The position numbers were made by a program, and so were the translations under genes. A stretch of DNA of 62,842 nucleotides, counting the filler. It is 7 parts of 7 records of this genome, joined end to end, with 100 filler letters (N's around TTAATTAATTAA, not from the genome) between each part and the next. Parts side by side here need not be neighbours in the genome. Positions count along the whole stretch, not along the records: positions 1 to 13,317 come from SRR20825010_5514; 6 more parts are not named here. One strand, written 5' to 3'. Of this stretch, positions 1 to 10,905 are shown piece after piece (within the stretch, counting starts at the first letter, position 1; every line of letters begins with the position of its first letter). The notes under the pieces were generated by a model, which saw only the letters and a program-made list of their open reading frames with translations, had not been told where the DNA came from and did no database searches.

Positions 1-35
1 ACAGAAGAGTCTAGGTTCGAGCCCTAGTGGGCCAA
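1..35 (+). tRNA. 3' half of a tRNA, probably tRNA-Gln (truncated by the window start; anticodon not visible)
   Basis: T-arm CTAGGTTCGAGCCCTAG with GTTCGA loop, then acceptor-stem 3' strand TGGGCCA-A. The Gln identity is recalled resemblance to flavobacterial tRNA-Gln, not read from an anticodon. Confidence 0.75.
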
Positions 36-43
36 CAAAAAAT

Positions 44-75
44 AAATCCCAATCTTGAAAAAGGTTGGGATTTTT
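44..75. terminator. Intrinsic (likely bidirectional) terminator after the tRNA
   Basis: AAATCCCAATCTT-GAAA-AAGGTTGGGATTT hairpin followed by Ts, between convergent genes. Confidence 0.75.
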
Positions 76-121
76 CATTTGAAAACTTTTTTGTGATACT
101 GTTATTTATTAATCGCAATGC

Positions 122-724
122 TTAAAATTCAATTGGAACGCTTTCCTGTAGCAAAATCCAACTATATTTTTTCACCCCAGTCTTGTCTAAATCAAACACA
201 GAATAATATCGTAGTAACTGTGTGCTGTCCTTAGGATTGTTGGTAATAGGTGTAATCGTATCATTCATATTGCTTTTATGAATATTAAAGCGATTTACGG
301 CTTGCTTCCAAATAGAGTCGTTCCAAAAATACAGATAGTATTCGTTAAAATTAGTGTCTTTCAATTTCGCGTTTACCAACAAAAGGTTCCTGTCAAAATT
401 TTTTAGTTTTAATGCTTGAAGGTTTGCGCCGATACTTTCTGGAATGGAAAGTTGTGGCAGTTTTTCATTTTCAAAATGTATGTATGTAGTTTGCGTTTTT
501 AAGTTTACATTTTTTACATAGGCATAAAACACATCCTCTTTCCCTGAAAAGTAAGCGTCCACAGCTCCTTCAGGCAGCACCACAAGATTTTCTTTTTCTT
601 CGGACAATTCTTCGAATTCTTCAGGTGTTTCTGTGGTTTCTATGTCAACTTCTACAATTTGTTTGTTATTCGTCTCTTTGCAGCTAAGTATTAATAGTAG
701 TATGATTACGAAAGTATATTTCAT
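122..724 (-). CDS. Hypothetical lipoprotein
   Basis: 200-aa ORF with lipobox-like LLILSC after a hydrophobic N-terminus; abuts the USP gene. Confidence 0.7.
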   Translation of the reverse strand: MKYTFVIILLLILSCKETNNKQIVEVDIETTETPEEFEELSEEKENLVVLPEGAVDAYFSGKEDVFYAYVKNVNLKTQTTYIHFENEKLPQLSIPESIGANLQALKLKNFDRNLLLVNAKLKDTNFNEYYLYFWNDSIWKQAVNRFNIHKSNMNDTITPITNNPKDSTQLLRYYSVFDLDKTGVKKYSWILLQESVPIEF

Positions 725-1546
725 TTAAATTTTAAATGTAATAACTGGCATATTGGCGTGGTTAACCATGTCTTCACTAATACTTCCATTGAAAAAGTGT
801 GAAATTCCCTTACGACCGTGAGTTCCCATTCCAATTAGCTGTGCGTTTATATGTTTTGCAAAATTAAGGATGCCTTTTTCTACTGAGGTGTCGTTATAAA
901 TATTGATTGTATAATTTTCAACTCCCATACCTTTTACAAAATTCTGCATAATGGTTGTTGCTTGAGCTGAAGTTTTAAAATTTGCAGGGGTGTTTACAAA
1001 TAGCAAATGCATTTTAGCCTCTACCTTTCTAGCAAATTTTTGTGCCTTATCCATTGCTCCAAGGCCTTCTTCAGAAAAATCTGTTGCAAATACAAAATCT
1101 GTAATGTTGAAGTCTGAATGGTAGTTTTTAATTACCAATACAGGGGTTTTGGAGGTGCGTACAACTTTTTCAGTATTACTGCCGACAAACATTTCTTTAA
1201 AACCACTTGCGCCATTAGAACCCATTACAATAATGTCGATATTGTTTTTTTCGCAAGCTTCTTCAATGTCTTCGTAGATTTCGTTATGCCCAATTGCCTC
1301 ATTTACAGTAATTCCTTTAAGGTATTCTTTTTCTCTTAGGTCGCTAAAGCGTTTTTCGGCCAGCTTTATAAAAAATAAACTTTCGGGAAGACTGCCAGAA
1401 TCATTAGAAGAAGTTAGGTGGAGTGGCATTTCCATTGAGTGTAATACAAAGATTTCACTATTGTGCTTTTTAGAAAGCTGGATAGCTACTTTCAGTGCGT
1501 TTTCAGCTTGTTCGGAAAAATCTGTAGGGACGAGGATTCGTTTCAT
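725..1546 (-). CDS. Universal stress protein (tandem USP domains)
   Basis: MKRILVPTDFS start, IIVMGSNG...GSNTEKVVR, second domain IGMGTHGRKG...GSISEDMV. Confidence 0.93.
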   Translation of the reverse strand: MKRILVPTDFSEQAENALKVAIQLSKKHNSEIFVLHSMEMPLHLTSSNDSGSLPESLFFIKLAEKRFSDLREKEYLKGITVNEAIGHNEIYEDIEEACEKNNIDIIVMGSNGASGFKEMFVGSNTEKVVRTSKTPVLVIKNYHSDFNITDFVFATDFSEEGLGAMDKAQKFARKVEAKMHLLFVNTPANFKTSAQATTIMQNFVKGMGVENYTINIYNDTSVEKGILNFAKHINAQLIGMGTHGRKGISHFFNGSISEDMVNHANMPVITFKI

Positions 1547-1635
1547 ATGTATAGTTATTTAGACGGTTTTTTGTTAGCAGTAATTTACGAAAATAAATCG
1601 TTTGGCCTTGGTTTTTATAATATTAAAAAATATAG

Positions 1636-1643
1636 TATATTTG
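1636..1643 (+). promoter_or_regulatory. Bacteroidetes -7 promoter element for rimP-nusA-infB
   Basis: TATATTTG matches TAnnTTTG about 60 nt upstream of rimP. Confidence 0.6.
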
Positions 1644-1668
1644 CACCGAATTTGATATGAAACTATCT

Positions 1669-1694
1669 GAGGGGACTAAAAGTCCCCTCTTTTT
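1669..1694 (+). promoter_or_regulatory. rimP leader hairpin / attenuator-like terminator
   Basis: GAGGGGACT-AAA-AGTCCCCTC followed by TTTTT, between the promoter and the rimP start. Confidence 0.65.
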
Positions 1695-1704
1695 ATAGCT
1701 TAAA

Positions 1705-2169
1705 ATGATGCGTGAAAAAGTAGCACAACTGCTGGAAAGTGCGCTAGAGAAAAACAAATCACTGTTTTTGATCGACCTCAATATTTCTGAAGAAAACCAA
1801 ATACGGGTCATCCTGGACGGCGATAAAGGCGTTACGGTAGAGGACTGTATTGGCGTTAGCCGCGAAATTGAACACAATCTTGACAGAGAAGAATATGATT
1901 TTTCTTTAGAAGTGATGTCTTCGGGTGTTTCGGAACCGTTAACTTTACCACGGCAGTATAAAAAAAATATTGGGAGAATCTTAAAAGTGAGAACCAAAAA
2001 CGATGATAAAATTGAAGGCGAACTAATTTCTTCAACCGAAGAAAGTTGCACCTTAACATGGTCTGCGCGCGAGCCCAAACCAGTTGGTAAAGGGAAAGTG
2101 ACCGTTCAAAAAGAGGCGACACTGCCCTACAAAGATATTATGGAAGCAAAAGTGATGATAACATTTTAA
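1705..2169 (+). CDS. rimP: Ribosome maturation factor RimP
   Basis: LDGDKGVTVEDCIGVSR and FSLEVMSSG motifs; first gene of the rimP-nusA-infB order. Confidence 0.95.
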   Translation: MMREKVAQLLESALEKNKSLFLIDLNISEENQIRVILDGDKGVTVEDCIGVSREIEHNLDREEYDFSLEVMSSGVSEPLTLPRQYKKNIGRILKVRTKNDDKIEGELISSTEESCTLTWSAREPKPVGKGKVTVQKEATLPYKDIMEAKVMITF

Positions 2170-2179
2170 CTGGATTGAC

Positions 2180-3412
2180 ATGGAAAATTTAGCACTGATC
2201 GATTCTTTTTCAGAATTTAAAGACGACAAACAAATAGATAGAGTAACGCTAATGGCGATACTTGAAGACGTTTTCAGAAACGCATTAAAGAAAAAATACG
2301 GAAGTGACGATAACTTTGATATTATTGTGAACCCAGATAAGGGCGATCTTGAAATATGGAGAAATCGTATTGTGGTTGCTGATGGGGAAGTGGAAGATCC
2401 AAACGAGGAAATTTCTTTAACTGAAGCACAAAAAATTGAACCGGATTTTGAAATTGGAGAAGATGTTTCGGAAGAAGTAAAATTAATAGATCTTGGTCGT
2501 CGTTCTATTTTAGCATTGCGCCAAAACCTTATTTCTAAAATTCACGAGCACGATAATACAATTATTTACAAGCAGTTTAAAGACCTTGAAGGTGAAATTT
2601 ACACTGCAGAAGTGCATCACATTCGTCACAGAGCTGTGATTCTTTTAGATGATGAAGGAAATGAAATAATACTTCCAAAGGAAAAACAAATTCCTTCAGA
2701 TTTCTTCAGAAAAGGAGATAACGTACGTGGCATCATTGAAAGTGTAGACTTAAAAGGAAACAAGCCTACTATTATAATGAGTCGCGCAAATCCAATTTTC
2801 CTAGAAAAATTATTTGAGCAAGAAATTCCAGAAGTTTTTGATGGCTTGATAACCGTTAAAAAAGTAGTTCGTATTCCAGGTGAAAAAGCAAAAGTAGCAG
2901 TAGATTCTTACGATGATCGTATTGATCCAGTTGGTGCTTGTGTGGGGATGAAGGGATCTAGAATTCATGGAATTGTTCGCGAATTAGGGAATGAAAACAT
3001 TGATGTTATAAATTATACAACCAACCTTAACCTTTATATTACACGTGCCTTGAGCCCTGCAAAAGTAACTTCAATCAAAATTGATGAAGTGAAAAAACGC
3101 GCTGAAGTTATTCTTCGTCCAGAAGAAGTAAGTAAAGCAATTGGTCGTGGCGGGCATAACATTCGTTTGGCTGGACAATTAACTGGCTATGAAATAGATG
3201 TGCTTCGTGAAGGGGCAGAAGAAGATGTAGAATTGAGCGAATTCTCAGATGAAATTGAAGGCTGGGTAATCCAGGAATTCCATAAAATTGGACTTGACAC
3301 TGCAAAAAGTGTACTAGAGCATGACATCAATGATTTGGTTAAAAGAACCGATCTTGAAGAGGAAACCATCCTTGATGTAATAAATATATTAAAAGAAGAA
3401 TTTGAAGAGTAG
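2180..3412 (+). CDS. nusA: Transcription termination/antitermination factor NusA
   Basis: S1 and KH domains (RIPGEKAKVAV, DPVGACVGMKGSRI, AIGRGGHNIRLA). Confidence 0.98.
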   Translation: MENLALIDSFSEFKDDKQIDRVTLMAILEDVFRNALKKKYGSDDNFDIIVNPDKGDLEIWRNRIVVADGEVEDPNEEISLTEAQKIEPDFEIGEDVSEEVKLIDLGRRSILALRQNLISKIHEHDNTIIYKQFKDLEGEIYTAEVHHIRHRAVILLDDEGNEIILPKEKQIPSDFFRKGDNVRGIIESVDLKGNKPTIIMSRANPIFLEKLFEQEIPEVFDGLITVKKVVRIPGEKAKVAVDSYDDRIDPVGACVGMKGSRIHGIVRELGNENIDVINYTTNLNLYITRALSPAKVTSIKIDEVKKRAEVILRPEEVSKAIGRGGHNIRLAGQLTGYEIDVLREGAEEDVELSEFSDEIEGWVIQEFHKIGLDTAKSVLEHDINDLVKRTDLEEETILDVINILKEEFEE

Positions 3413-3470
3413 TTGAAACTTTAATTACTTTTATACAAATTTTTTAAATTGAAAATTAGGAAAAGCATTT

Positions 3471-6299
3471 ATGGCTGAAGAAAAATCGATAAGGCTAAAC
3501 AAAGTATTGCGTGAATTCAACATTTCGCTGGATCGTGCTGTGGAATTTTTAAAAGATCACGGTCACGAGATAGACGCGCGCCCTACTACAAAAATTTCTA
3601 ATAAGGAGTACGAGATACTTTTTGAAGAATTTGAAACCGATAAAAGTAAAAAAGTAGCTTCTAAAGAAGTAGGGGAAGAAAAGCGAAAGGAAAAAGAAGA
3701 ACTCCGCTTAGAACGCGAACGCGAGATCGAAGAAAAGCAAAAGAAAGAAGAGTCTTCCAGAATCATTAAAGCTGAAGCTAAACTAGAAGGTCCAAAACAA
3801 GTGGGCAAAATCGATCTTGAAGCTGGAAAAACCAAAAAGGAAGCTCCAAAAGCTGAAGAAAAACCAGTTGAGGTTGTTGCTGAAAAGAAAGAAAATAAGG
3901 AGGAACAGAATGAAGAAAAAGTTGAAACTCCTGAAGTTGTAGCCGAAAAACCTAAAGTAGCCAAAAAAGAAGAGCCAAAAGCTGAACCTGTTGCTCTTGT
4001 AGAAGAAGTAAAAGTTGAGAAAGAGGAAAAAGTTGCTGAAAAACCTAAAGAAATTCCAGTAGAAAAAAAGGAAACAGAAAAGGTTGTAGCTGAAAAAACT
4101 TCAGAAGAAACAAAAGAAGAGGCGCCTAAACAATCAGATACAGTTACTACTCAATATAGAAAACTTGAAGGTCCAAACTTTACGGGACAAAAAATTGATC
4201 TTACTCAATTTAAAAAACCAGAGAAGAAAAAAGACCCTAAAGCGGACGATAAAAAAGACAAAAAAGGAAAACGTCGTAGAATAAGTAAAGAAGCACCTAA
4301 AAACGGAGCTTCTGGCGGCGGAAATAATTTTAAAGACAATCGCGGTGGCGGTGGTGGTGCAAGAAAAGGACGTACAAATACACCTAAAGAAGAGCCTAGC
4401 GAAGAAGAAGTACAAAAACAAGTACGTGAAACCTTGGAGAAACTTCAAGGAAAATCTTCTAAAGGAAAAGGAGCAAAATACCGACGTGAAAAACGTGATA
4501 CGCACCGTCAAAAATCTGACGAGCTTGCACAACAAGAAGCAGACAGCAAACTTATAAAAGTTACAGAGTTTGTTACCGCAAATGAAATGGCAACCATGAT
4601 GGATGTGCCAGTTACCAAAATTATCTCAGCCTGTATGAGCTTAGGGATGATGGTAACGATGAACCAACGTCTAGATGCTGAAACTTTAAGTATTGTAGCA
4701 GAAGAGTTTGGTTACGAATTAGAATTTGTAACAGCAGATATTGAAGAATCAATTGATCGTGAAATAGACGCTCCAGAAGATCTTGAGCCACGCGCACCAA
4801 TTGTTACTGTAATGGGTCACGTTGACCACGGTAAAACTTCACTTTTGGATTACATCCGTAAGGAAAATGTAATTGCTGGAGAATCTGGTGGTATCACACA
4901 GCACATTGGTGCTTATGGTGTAGAACTGGATAATGGACAGAAAATAGCATTCCTTGATACTCCTGGTCACGAAGCGTTTACCGCAATGCGTGCCCGTGGA
5001 GCACAGGTTACTGACCTTGCAATTATTGTGGTTGCAGCAGATGATGCTATTATGCCACAAACCAAAGAAGCTATTAGCCACGCACAAGCTGCGGGTGTTC
5101 CAATAGTTTTCGCAATTAATAAAATTGATAAACCCAATGCAAACCCTGATAAGATAAAAGAAGGTCTTGCAAGCATGAATCTCTTAGTTGAAGATTGGGG
5201 TGGAAAAATACAATCACACGATATTTCAGCAAAAACTGGAGATGGCGTAAAAGAATTACTTGAAAAAGTATTGCTTGAAGCTGAATTACTAGAATTAACA
5301 GCAAATCCAAACCGTCAAGCAAATGGAACTGTTGTAGAAGCATTCCTAGATAAAGGTCGTGGATATGTTTCAACAGTATTGGTTCAAGGTGGAACACTTA
5401 AAGTTGGAGATTACGTTCTTGCTGGTCAACATAGCGGAAAAGTGAAGGCAATGCAAGATGAACGTGGTAACAGTATTAAAGAAGCTGGCCCATCAACGCC
5501 AGTATCTGTTCTTGGATTAGACGGCGCGCCACAAGCGGGTGATAAATTCAACGTATTTGAAGACGAACGTGAAGCAAAAGCAATTGCTACAAAACGTACG
5601 CAACTTCAGCGTGAGCAGTCTGTTAGAACACAACGCCACATTACACTTGATGAAATTGGTAGACGTATTGCACTAGGTGATTTCAAAGAATTAAACATAA
5701 TCCTAAAAGGAGATGTGGATGGTTCTGTAGAAGCCTTAACAGACTCATTATTAAAACTTTCAACTGAAGAAATTCAGGTTAATATAATCCACAAAGCAGT
5801 TGGTCCAATTACTGAAAGTGATGTATTGTTAGCTTCTGCTTCAGATGCAATTATTATTGGTTTCAACGTTCGCCCAATGGGTAATGCGCGCCAGATTGCA
5901 GATAAGGAAGAAATTGACATCCGTACCTATTCTATCATTTATGACGCAATAAATGATGTGAAAGACGCAATGGAAGGAATGCTTTCTCCAGAAATGAAAG
6001 AAGAAATTACTGGAACTGCAGAAATACGTGAAACATTCAAAATTTCGAAAGTTGGTACTATTGCAGGTTGTATGGTATTAACTGGTAAAATATTTAGAAA
6101 CTCAGGTATTCGTCTTATCCGCGAAGGTGTAGTAGTTTACACTGGAGAGCTTGCTTCATTAAAACGTTTCAAAGACGATGTGAAGGAAGTAGCAAAAGGA
6201 TACGATTGTGGTATTCAAGTTAAAAATTACAACGATATCTACGAGAACGACATCATTGAAGCGTTCCAAGAAGTAGAAATTAAGAAAAAGTTGAAATAA
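3471..6299 (+). CDS. infB: Translation initiation factor IF-2
   Basis: [16 protein letters not shown] and NKID G-motifs; charged low-complexity N-terminus. Confidence 0.99.
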   Translation: MAEEKSIRLNKVLREFNISLDRAVEFLKDHGHEIDARPTTKISNKEYEILFEEFETDKSKKVASKEVGEEKRKEKEELRLEREREIEEKQKKEESSRIIKAEAKLEGPKQVGKIDLEAGKTKKEAPKAEEKPVEVVAEKKENKEEQNEEKVETPEVVAEKPKVAKKEEPKAEPVALVEEVKVEKEEKVAEKPKEIPVEKKETEKVVAEKTSEETKEEAPKQSDTVTTQYRKLEGPNFTGQKIDLTQFKKPEKKKDPKADDKKDKKGKRRRISKEAPKNGASGGGNNFKDNRGGGGGARKGRTNTPKEEPSEEEVQKQVRETLEKLQGKSSKGKGAKYRREKRDTHRQKSDELAQQEADSKLIKVTEFVTANEMATMMDVPVTKIISACMSLGMMVTMNQRLDAETLSIVAEEFGYELEFVTADIEESIDREIDAPEDLEPRAPIVTVMGHVDHGKTSLLDYIRKENVIAGESGGITQHIGAYGVELDNGQKIAFLDTPGHEAFTAMRARGAQVTDLAIIVVAADDAIMPQTKEAISHAQAAGVPIVFAINKIDKPNANPDKIKEGLASMNLLVEDWGGKIQSHDISAKTGDGVKELLEKVLLEAELLELTANPNRQANGTVVEAFLDKGRGYVSTVLVQGGTLKVGDYVLAGQHSGKVKAMQDERGNSIKEAGPSTPVSVLGLDGAPQAGDKFNVFEDEREAKAIATKRTQLQREQSVRTQRHITLDEIGRRIALGDFKELNIILKGDVDGSVEALTDSLLKLSTEEIQVNIIHKAVGPITESDVLLASASDAIIIGFNVRPMGNARQIADKEEIDIRTYSIIYDAINDVKDAMEGMLSPEMKEEITGTAEIRETFKISKVGTIAGCMVLTGKIFRNSGIRLIREGVVVYTGELASLKRFKDDVKEVAKGYDCGIQVKNYNDIYENDIIEAFQEVEIKKKLK

Positions 6300-6321
6300 T
6301 TCAACTAAGAATTAAATATTT

Positions 6322-6359
6322 AAAACGGCTTGAAAATCTAGTTTTCAGGCCGTTTTTTT
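6322..6359 (+). terminator. Intrinsic terminator after infB
   Basis: AAAACGGCTTGAAAA-TCTAG-TTTTCAGGCCGTTTT plus T-tract. Confidence 0.85.
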
Positions 6360-6433
6360 ATTTTTTCAGCGCTTTAACTTTCTAAATTGTGTAACATCAA
6401 GAAATTTTAAGTGTCTATTAAGAAACTTTCCAA

Positions 6434-8938
6434 ATGAATATTTCGCTAAAAAAGTTATTTTTTATTTCAATTTTAAGCTTTGGGTTTTCTATGAATGCGC
6501 AAACATTAGACAGCATTCCTAGAAAAAAGATATCCATCCCAAGAATCACTGTTGCGCCAAAAATTGATGGTATTTTAAACGATGTTGCATGGCAAAATGC
6601 ACCCATCGCTACAGGTTTTGTTGAAAGGCTTCCCAACAACGGAAAACCAATTCCAGATAGTTTAAAAACCGATGTCAAAATAGTTTATGACGACCTAGGA
6701 ATTTATTTTGGGGCAACAATGAAAGATCCCGAACCCGATAAAATTTTAAAAGAACTTACCGAAAGAGACGGAATTGGCAATGATGATTTTTTCTTTGTGC
6801 TTCTGAATGGCTATAACGACAGGCAACAAAGCTTGCAGTTTATTGTTACAGCTGCAGGCGTTCAGTATGATGCTAAAATGACCAATGAAAACGAAGATTC
6901 TTCTTGGAACGGAATCTGGTATAGCGCGGTTCAAATAAATGATGATAGCTGGGTAGCAGAAATATTTATTCCCTATTCAGAAGTGCGTTTTCCACACAAA
7001 AATGTACAATTGTGGGGCTTAAATATGGAACGCGAAATGCGACGAACTAGAACAAGATATAGTTGGAGCCACATAGACAATACAAAAGGTGCTTTTTCAA
7101 TTTATGATGGCGAAATTTATGGAATTGAAAACATACAATCGCCTACCAGACTTTCTTTTCAACCTTATGTTTCTACCTATGTGAACGATTTTGACGGCAA
7201 TACCAAAACAATTTTTAACGGAGGAATGGATTTAAAATATGGCATCAACGATGCTTTTACGTTAGATATGGTTCTTATTCCAGACTTTGGACAATCAAAA
7301 TTTGATGCTGAAGTTTTAAACCTCTCTGCTTTTGAAGTACAATATGAAGAAAATCGTCCATTTTTTACTGAAGGAACAGAGCTTTTCACCAAAGGAGGGC
7401 TTTTTTATTCACGCAGAGTAGGAGGATATCCTTCAGGAGATGTTACGCTTTCCGAAAACGAAGAAACAGAAATTTTTCCTAGTTCGGTAGATTTAATAAA
7501 TGCATTTAAAATTTCTGGAAGAACCGATGGAAATCTAGGAATTGGTGTTTTTAACGCCATAACAGAAAAAACCTACGCTAGCATAAAAGATACTTTAACC
7601 AATGAAACCCGAAAAAGTTTGGTAGAACCATTGTCAAACTACAATATTTTGGTATTAGACCAGCGTTTTGGCGATAATTCATCAGTATCTTTTGTGAATA
7701 CAAACGTTACTCGTGAAGGCGATTTTCGTAATGCCAATGCCACGGGTTTGTATCTTGATGTTACTAATAAAAAGAATACACTTAACTATTTCGCAAATCT
7801 GGAAGGTAGTTGGGTGAACGAAGAAGACATTAAATTTGGAATGGAAGCGAGTGCTGGAATGGGGAAAATTAGTGGAAAACACCGTGTTTCTGGTCAAATA
7901 AATTTTAGGACAAAAGACTATGATATTAACGATATGGGATATTCCAGTGAGACAAATTATATAAATTATTCTGGCTATTACGGATACCGATACCTTCAGC
8001 CGAAAGGATTTTTGAATAATATGTATCTAAATTTTAATTTGAATTATACTCGAAGATTAGAAACGGATCTTTACAGTAATTTTCTTTTCAATTTTAATTC
8101 AAATTTTACAACCAAGAAGTTTTTAGGTTTTGGGGGTGGATTTGAAATGACTCCCTTCGGAAAAAATGATATTTATGAACCTCGTGCAGAAAACAGATAT
8201 GTAAAAGTGCCCGATTATTACGATGTTTGGGGATGGATTTCTACAGATTATAGAAAAAAATTAGCGACAGATTTAACAATAGACTGGTATAAATACAACG
8301 AAGCAGGGCGTGGTGAATTAATTTTAGAATTAAAACCCCAATACCGTTTTTCAGATAAATGGAAGCTTTTTTTAAGCTCAAGAGCTATTCTTTCAGATAA
8401 AGAAGAAGGTTATGTAGACAAGGTTGATGAAGCTATTATTTTCGGAAAGCGTGACAGAAACACCATGATTAACTCCCTGGAGTCGCAATATATTTTTAAC
8501 AATAAAATGGCGTTAAACTTGGCTTTTCGTCATTACTATTCTGAAGTAGAATACAGTCAATTTTACAATTTGCAAAACGATGGCAGCTTGTTAGAAAATT
8601 CAATTTTTAACGAAAATCAAGATGCTACTTATAATAACTGGAACATAGACCTTCGTTTTTCATGGTGGTTTGCGCCTGGAAGTCAGTTAACATTGCTTTA
8701 TAGAAACGCGATGGAGAATTATGTGACGCATTCACGCGTTAATTTTTCAAACAACTTTAATAACTTATTTGATGAGCCGCAGCTTAATAGTATTTCTCTG
8801 CGCGTTAGTTATTATTTAGACTATAACAGAATGAAATCTTGGTTTGGCCCAAAAAATATTACTAAAGTAGGTTATACTTCTAGGAATGGAAAAATGTATA
8901 AATCTGACACGTTGCGCAATGCAGATTTTAGAATATAA
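6434..8938 (+). CDS. CBM9-like / DUF5916 outer-membrane protein
   Basis: Signal peptide; PKIDGILNDVAW (CBM9-like N-domain); PDFGQ...YEENRPFFTEG...LFYSRRVG motif; aromatic beta-strand-rich C-terminal half. Confidence 0.8.
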   Translation: MNISLKKLFFISILSFGFSMNAQTLDSIPRKKISIPRITVAPKIDGILNDVAWQNAPIATGFVERLPNNGKPIPDSLKTDVKIVYDDLGIYFGATMKDPEPDKILKELTERDGIGNDDFFFVLLNGYNDRQQSLQFIVTAAGVQYDAKMTNENEDSSWNGIWYSAVQINDDSWVAEIFIPYSEVRFPHKNVQLWGLNMEREMRRTRTRYSWSHIDNTKGAFSIYDGEIYGIENIQSPTRLSFQPYVSTYVNDFDGNTKTIFNGGMDLKYGINDAFTLDMVLIPDFGQSKFDAEVLNLSAFEVQYEENRPFFTEGTELFTKGGLFYSRRVGGYPSGDVTLSENEETEIFPSSVDLINAFKISGRTDGNLGIGVFNAITEKTYASIKDTLTNETRKSLVEPLSNYNILVLDQRFGDNSSVSFVNTNVTREGDFRNANATGLYLDVTNKKNTLNYFANLEGSWVNEEDIKFGMEASAGMGKISGKHRVSGQINFRTKDYDINDMGYSSETNYINYSGYYGYRYLQPKGFLNNMYLNFNLNYTRRLETDLYSNFLFNFNSNFTTKKFLGFGGGFEMTPFGKNDIYEPRAENRYVKVPDYYDVWGWISTDYRKKLATDLTIDWYKYNEAGRGELILELKPQYRFSDKWKLFLSSRAILSDKEEGYVDKVDEAIIFGKRDRNTMINSLESQYIFNNKMALNLAFRHYYSEVEYSQFYNLQNDGSLLENSIFNENQDATYNNWNIDLRFSWWFAPGSQLTLLYRNAMENYVTHSRVNFSNNFNNLFDEPQLNSISLRVSYYLDYNRMKSWFGPKNITKVGYTSRNGKMYKSDTLRNADFRI

Positions 8939-8942
8939 ATTA

Positions 8943-9338
8943 TTATTTTCTACGTTCAGGTTTTAAAATAAAAGCGGATGAAAAGCTCTTTTGAATTTCA
9001 AGAAGTGCTCTATCTGCTTCAATCCGAGAGGCAAAATTCCCCGCCCAAACTTTGTAGTTTGGCGTTTCATATTCAATAGAAGCAGGCCAATTGCTATAAC
9101 TCCCTTTGTATTTTTTTAATATTTGGTTTGCTTTATCCAATTCGCCATAATATAACTGTATGGTATAGCCATCTGATAACTCACGTGTTTTTTCGAGTTC
9201 TTTTTTTAAATCGAGCAATTGTGAAATTTTTGCATCTTGGTTTACCGTTAAAGTGGCATTTTGCGCAAAACTTTTGCTAGAAATAAAAATTAATAATGTG
9301 CTGGCAATAAAAAGTTTGGAAAAAATAAGTGGATTCAT
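8943..9338 (-). CDS. SPOR domain-containing protein
   Basis: Signal peptide; GYTIQLY...PNYKVWAGNF..RIEADRAL...AFIL SPOR pattern. Confidence 0.85.
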   Translation of the reverse strand: MNPLIFSKLFIASTLLIFISSKSFAQNATLTVNQDAKISQLLDLKKELEKTRELSDGYTIQLYYGELDKANQILKKYKGSYSNWPASIEYETPNYKVWAGNFASRIEADRALLEIQKSFSSAFILKPERRK

Positions 9339-9356
9339 GTGTATTTATATTTACTG

Positions 9357-9364
9357 CAAATGTA
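9357..9364 (-). promoter_or_regulatory. -7 promoter element for the SPOR gene
   Basis: Minus-strand TACATTTG (TAnnTTTG) about 20 nt upstream of the ATG. Confidence 0.55.
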
Positions 9365-9462
9365 AAACTTAATAACTTCGTGAAGTGCGAAAATATTATT
9401 TAGAACTAATATAAATTAATAGTTAACACTTTGTTTGCATTTTCAAAATCGACTTTATAATG

Positions 9463-9470
9463 TACTTTTG
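9463..9470 (+). promoter_or_regulatory. -7 promoter element for the act operon
   Basis: TACTTTTG (TAnnTTTG) about 90 nt upstream of actA. Confidence 0.5.
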
Positions 9471-9562
9471 TGGCTTTAATTGTGGCACAGAATAAGCTTT
9501 GAAATTACAATTATTCGTAACTAATTCTGTTCCAAACTATCGACCATAATTTAACCATTAGT

Positions 9563-10873
9563 ATGAAAAAGGTGAATTTTATACATCTACGCTCAAAATT
9601 GCCACTTCTTTTGTTAGTGTTTTTACTAACTTTTTCAACTGCCTTATATTCTCAGGATGCAGCTGCGCCGTCAGCTGAAGTTCCTGCCGATGCTGGTGGA
9701 GATGTTGCTGCGGGAGAAGCATTGTTTAAATCAAACTGTGCTGCGTGTCATAAACTTGACAAAAAAGCTGTTGGCCCAGCATTGCGAGGAATAGGTGCAA
9801 TGCATGACAGAGATTGGATGTACAAGTGGATTAAAAACAGTTCTGCGTTAATTGCATCTGGCGATCCTGTTGCTGTTAAGCTTTTTGAAGACAATAATAG
9901 GTCTGTGATGACTGCGTTTCCTGCGCTTTCTAATACTGATATCGATAATATTCTTGCTTATACAGATCAAGAGAAAGTTGCTCCTACACAACCAGAGACA
10001 ACTGCAACGACAAGCGAATCAACTGGTGGTGGGGTTTCAAACGGATTAGTGCTTGGAGCTTTAGCGGTTATTTTCTTGTTATTGGTAATTATGCTTTTCT
10101 TGGTAACAAATACACTAAAGAAAATTGCTGAAGCCAATGGCGTTGTTTATGAAGAAAAAGAAGAGCGCACTCCAATATGGAAAGCGTTTGTTCAAAACCA
10201 GTTTTTAGTTTTGGTTTTTTCACTTTTCTTAATTCTTTCTGCGGGGTATTTTGCTTATGGTTATATGATGCAAGTTGGTGTTGATCAAGGATACGCTCCG
10301 GTTCAGCCAATTCATTTTTCGCATAAAATACATGCTGGTGATAACCAGATAGATTGTAATTTCTGCCATAGTTCTGCTAGAAAAAGTAAAACTTCGGGCA
10401 TACCTTCATTGAATGTTTGTATGAATTGTCATAAAAACATTTCAGAAGTAGCTCCAGAAACTGCAACGGAAGATCATTCAAAAGATTTTTATGATGGCGA
10501 AATCGCCAAATTATACAAAGCGGTGGGCTGGGATGCTGCCGAACAAAAATACACTGGAAAAACGGAGCCTGTGAAGTGGGTTCGTATTCATAACTTACCT
10601 GATTTTGCTTACTTTAACCACTCGCAGCACGTTAGCGTTGCTGGTGTTTCTTGTGAAACCTGTCACGGAGAAGTTAAGGAAATGGAAATTGTTGGTCAGT
10701 TTGCGCCACTTACCATGGGATGGTGTATTGAATGTCACAAAGAAACCAATGTTAACTTGGGAGGTAATGAATATTACGCCAAAATACACGAAGAACTTTC
10801 TAAAAAGTACGGAGTTGAAAAATTAACAATCGCCGAATTAGGTGGATTGGAATGTGGCAAATGTCATTATTAA
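9563..10873 (+). CDS. actA: Alternative complex III multiheme cytochrome c subunit (monoheme plus pentaheme)
   Basis: Six CxxCH motifs (CAACH, CNFCH, CMNCH, CETCH, CIECH, CGKCH), QPIHFSHKIH, two TM helices, followed by actB. Confidence 0.92.
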   Translation: MKKVNFIHLRSKLPLLLLVFLLTFSTALYSQDAAAPSAEVPADAGGDVAAGEALFKSNCAACHKLDKKAVGPALRGIGAMHDRDWMYKWIKNSSALIASGDPVAVKLFEDNNRSVMTAFPALSNTDIDNILAYTDQEKVAPTQPETTATTSESTGGGVSNGLVLGALAVIFLLLVIMLFLVTNTLKKIAEANGVVYEEKEERTPIWKAFVQNQFLVLVFSLFLILSAGYFAYGYMMQVGVDQGYAPVQPIHFSHKIHAGDNQIDCNFCHSSARKSKTSGIPSLNVCMNCHKNISEVAPETATEDHSKDFYDGEIAKLYKAVGWDAAEQKYTGKTEPVKWVRIHNLPDFAYFNHSQHVSVAGVSCETCHGEVKEMEIVGQFAPLTMGWCIECHKETNVNLGGNEYYAKIHEELSKKYGVEKLTIAELGGLECGKCHY

Positions 10874-10905
10874 TAAAATTTTAAAGGAAAATTACAGATA
10901 GCAAT

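Noticed and set aside
3660-4400. Lys/Glu-rich quasi-repeats in infB
   Set aside because: Ordinary low-complexity IF-2 N-terminal region
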